Source: a virus (Duplodnaviria > Heunggongvirae > Uroviricota > Caudoviricetes). From it: a stretch of DNA of 64,000 nucleotides. The notes under the pieces were generated by a model. The model was not told the DNA's origin. It saw only the letters and a list, made by a program, of their open reading frames with translations, and did not search any database. The stretch covers positions 1 to 64,000 of the IMG/VR virus record IMGVR_UViG_3300044673_000278. One strand, given 5' to 3'. Of the stretch, positions 63,066 to 64,000 are shown piece after piece (the stretch's first letter is position 1; each line of letters starts with the position of its first letter). The translations under genes were made by a program, and so were the position numbers.

Positions 63066-63998
63066 TTACTTGGGGTTGTTTCTCTGTCGGTTTTGAGCAG
63101 CAAATGCTTGGGGATCAAAGCGGCTCACAGCCTTGGCATAGCCTGCAGGGGTAGCCATGACCCAGCCTTCTTGTCCAGGATGCTGTGTATCTGCTTGGCG
63201 TAACAAGTCCATTTTGAGTTCGTGCAACAGTTCAAACGCCACAAAAGTTGAAGCCAATGCTTCTTGGTTAGTACTGGGATTTTTGAGATATTCCACAATG
63301 TTGTTGAACTTGCGTGGAGTTACTCTGCCTTGCAGCCACTCGCCAAATTCCACAATAAGCTTGTTGGCTGGGTCCAATGGGCCGCCTACTTTGGTGTTGA
63401 TAAAATCCACAGCCAATTTAAACAAGTCAGTGACTTGTTGTGCTCGCAGCTCAGCAGGGTTAAACAATGCTTTCATGTTTGCGCCCTGTGTTCTTGCAAT
63501 GGTTTTTAACTGCTTGACAATGGCTTGATTTAACTCAAGTGTGTTTGGGGTAGCAGGACGCTCCAGCATCAAACCTGGAACATCGTTGAACTTGACTCCG
63601 CTCAGGGGTTGACGTGGTTCACCTGCATCAGCATACATGGAGTGTACTGCAACACCAATGTTGCTGTTGCCTATGCGTTGACCCAAGGAACTTTTTACAG
63701 GAATCTTGTATGTCACAGTGTTGGGGCGGAACACATAGTTGCCTGCTTCAACAGGAGGCGTGTCCATGTACAGCAAATCACCCTTGACGTAGCCACGGAA
63801 GTTGGTGGGCAAACTGGCTTCCAGCACTGGCCACAGTGTCTTATACAAGTTGATTAGGCCTTCGCGTTCACCTGCACGTCGACGCTGTATGTCAGCCATC
63901 ATGGCAGGGCTGGTAGCAAGACCATCATAGCCTTTGGCTTCAAAACCTGATCCGTCAGTGAGTACAAATTCACCTGTGGAGGGCTTGCGTCCCCAGAT
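63066..63998 (-). CDS. ligase/nucleotidyltransferase-like large-phage protein, 5' end outside window
   Basis: Frame open to window edge (IWGRKPSTGEFVLTD); GDLLY, EGWV, KAVSR motifs. Confidence 0.55.
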   Translation of the reverse strand: MWGRKPSTGEFVLTDGSGFEAKGYDGLATSPAMMADIQRRRAGEREGLINLYKTLWPVLEASLPTNFRGYVKGDLLYMDTPPVEAGNYVFRPNTVTYKIPVKSSLGQRIGNSNIGVAVHSMYADAGEPRQPLSGVKFNDVPGLMLERPATPNTLELNQAIVKQLKTIARTQGANMKALFNPAELRAQQVTDLFKLAVDFINTKVGGPLDPANKLIVEFGEWLQGRVTPRKFNNIVEYLKNPSTNQEALASTFVAFELLHELKMDLLRQADTQHPGQEGWVMATPAGYAKAVSRFDPQAFAAQNRQRNNPK

Positions 63999-64000
63999 CA

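Noticed and set aside
263-63857. Many antisense ORFs in the track (e.g. 5170-5895, 10819-11403, 56125-56688, 60177-60755)
   Set aside because: They shadow well-supported genes on the other strand and lack SD or motifs
1-64000. Alternative genetic code (stop-codon recoding)
   Set aside because: Known genes are full length in code 11, and TAA, TGA and TAG all end genes
1-64000. Bacterial chromosome origin given clpXP, iscUA, rpsU and nrdAB
   Set aside because: These genes are out of normal operon context and mixed with PAAR, tail-like genes, TATAAATA promoters and dense small ORFs

Overview
This 64 kb window looks like part of a large (jumbo-type) tailed dsDNA phage genome with T4-like transcription signals, read in the standard genetic code. 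The host is probably a proteobacterium, possibly a PHA-storing betaproteobacterium, inferred from iscU/iscA, the phasin and a PhaR-like palindrome. Most genes are on the - strand. About 1-28 kb and 44-49 kb are accessory regions of small genes behind about 17 near-consensus sigma70 promoters. Recognisable genes: two ClpP, ClpX, ClpS, Hsp20, bS21 (rpsU), UvsE, an amidinotransferase/cupin/UDP-sugar dehydrogenase cluster, DNA ligase, NrdAB plus glutaredoxin, dCMP deaminase, an exonuclease, IscU/IscA, PAAR and other virion proteins behind TAAATA late-promoter motifs. The most striking unexplained structure is a family of about 21 small, divergent paralogues ending in F-x-L-(K/R)-W. Twelve of them form one uninterrupted chain (13532-16313) in which the conserved tail codons also supply the next gene's ATG and, in five junctions, a Shine-Dalgarno-like GAGG. 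A second family (MNERI...FGVEE) uses the same trick. Also notable: a promoter-driven structured RNA candidate (about 44010-44157), ROSE-like thermometer leaders on both hsp20 and phasin, a palindromic operator next to early promoters, a minimal malonyl-CoA-decarboxylase-like gene, and a secreted 12-residue-repeat protein cluster. All calls come from manual motif recognition; no database searches were run. Many starts were moved from the ORF track to SD- or overlap-supported ATGs.
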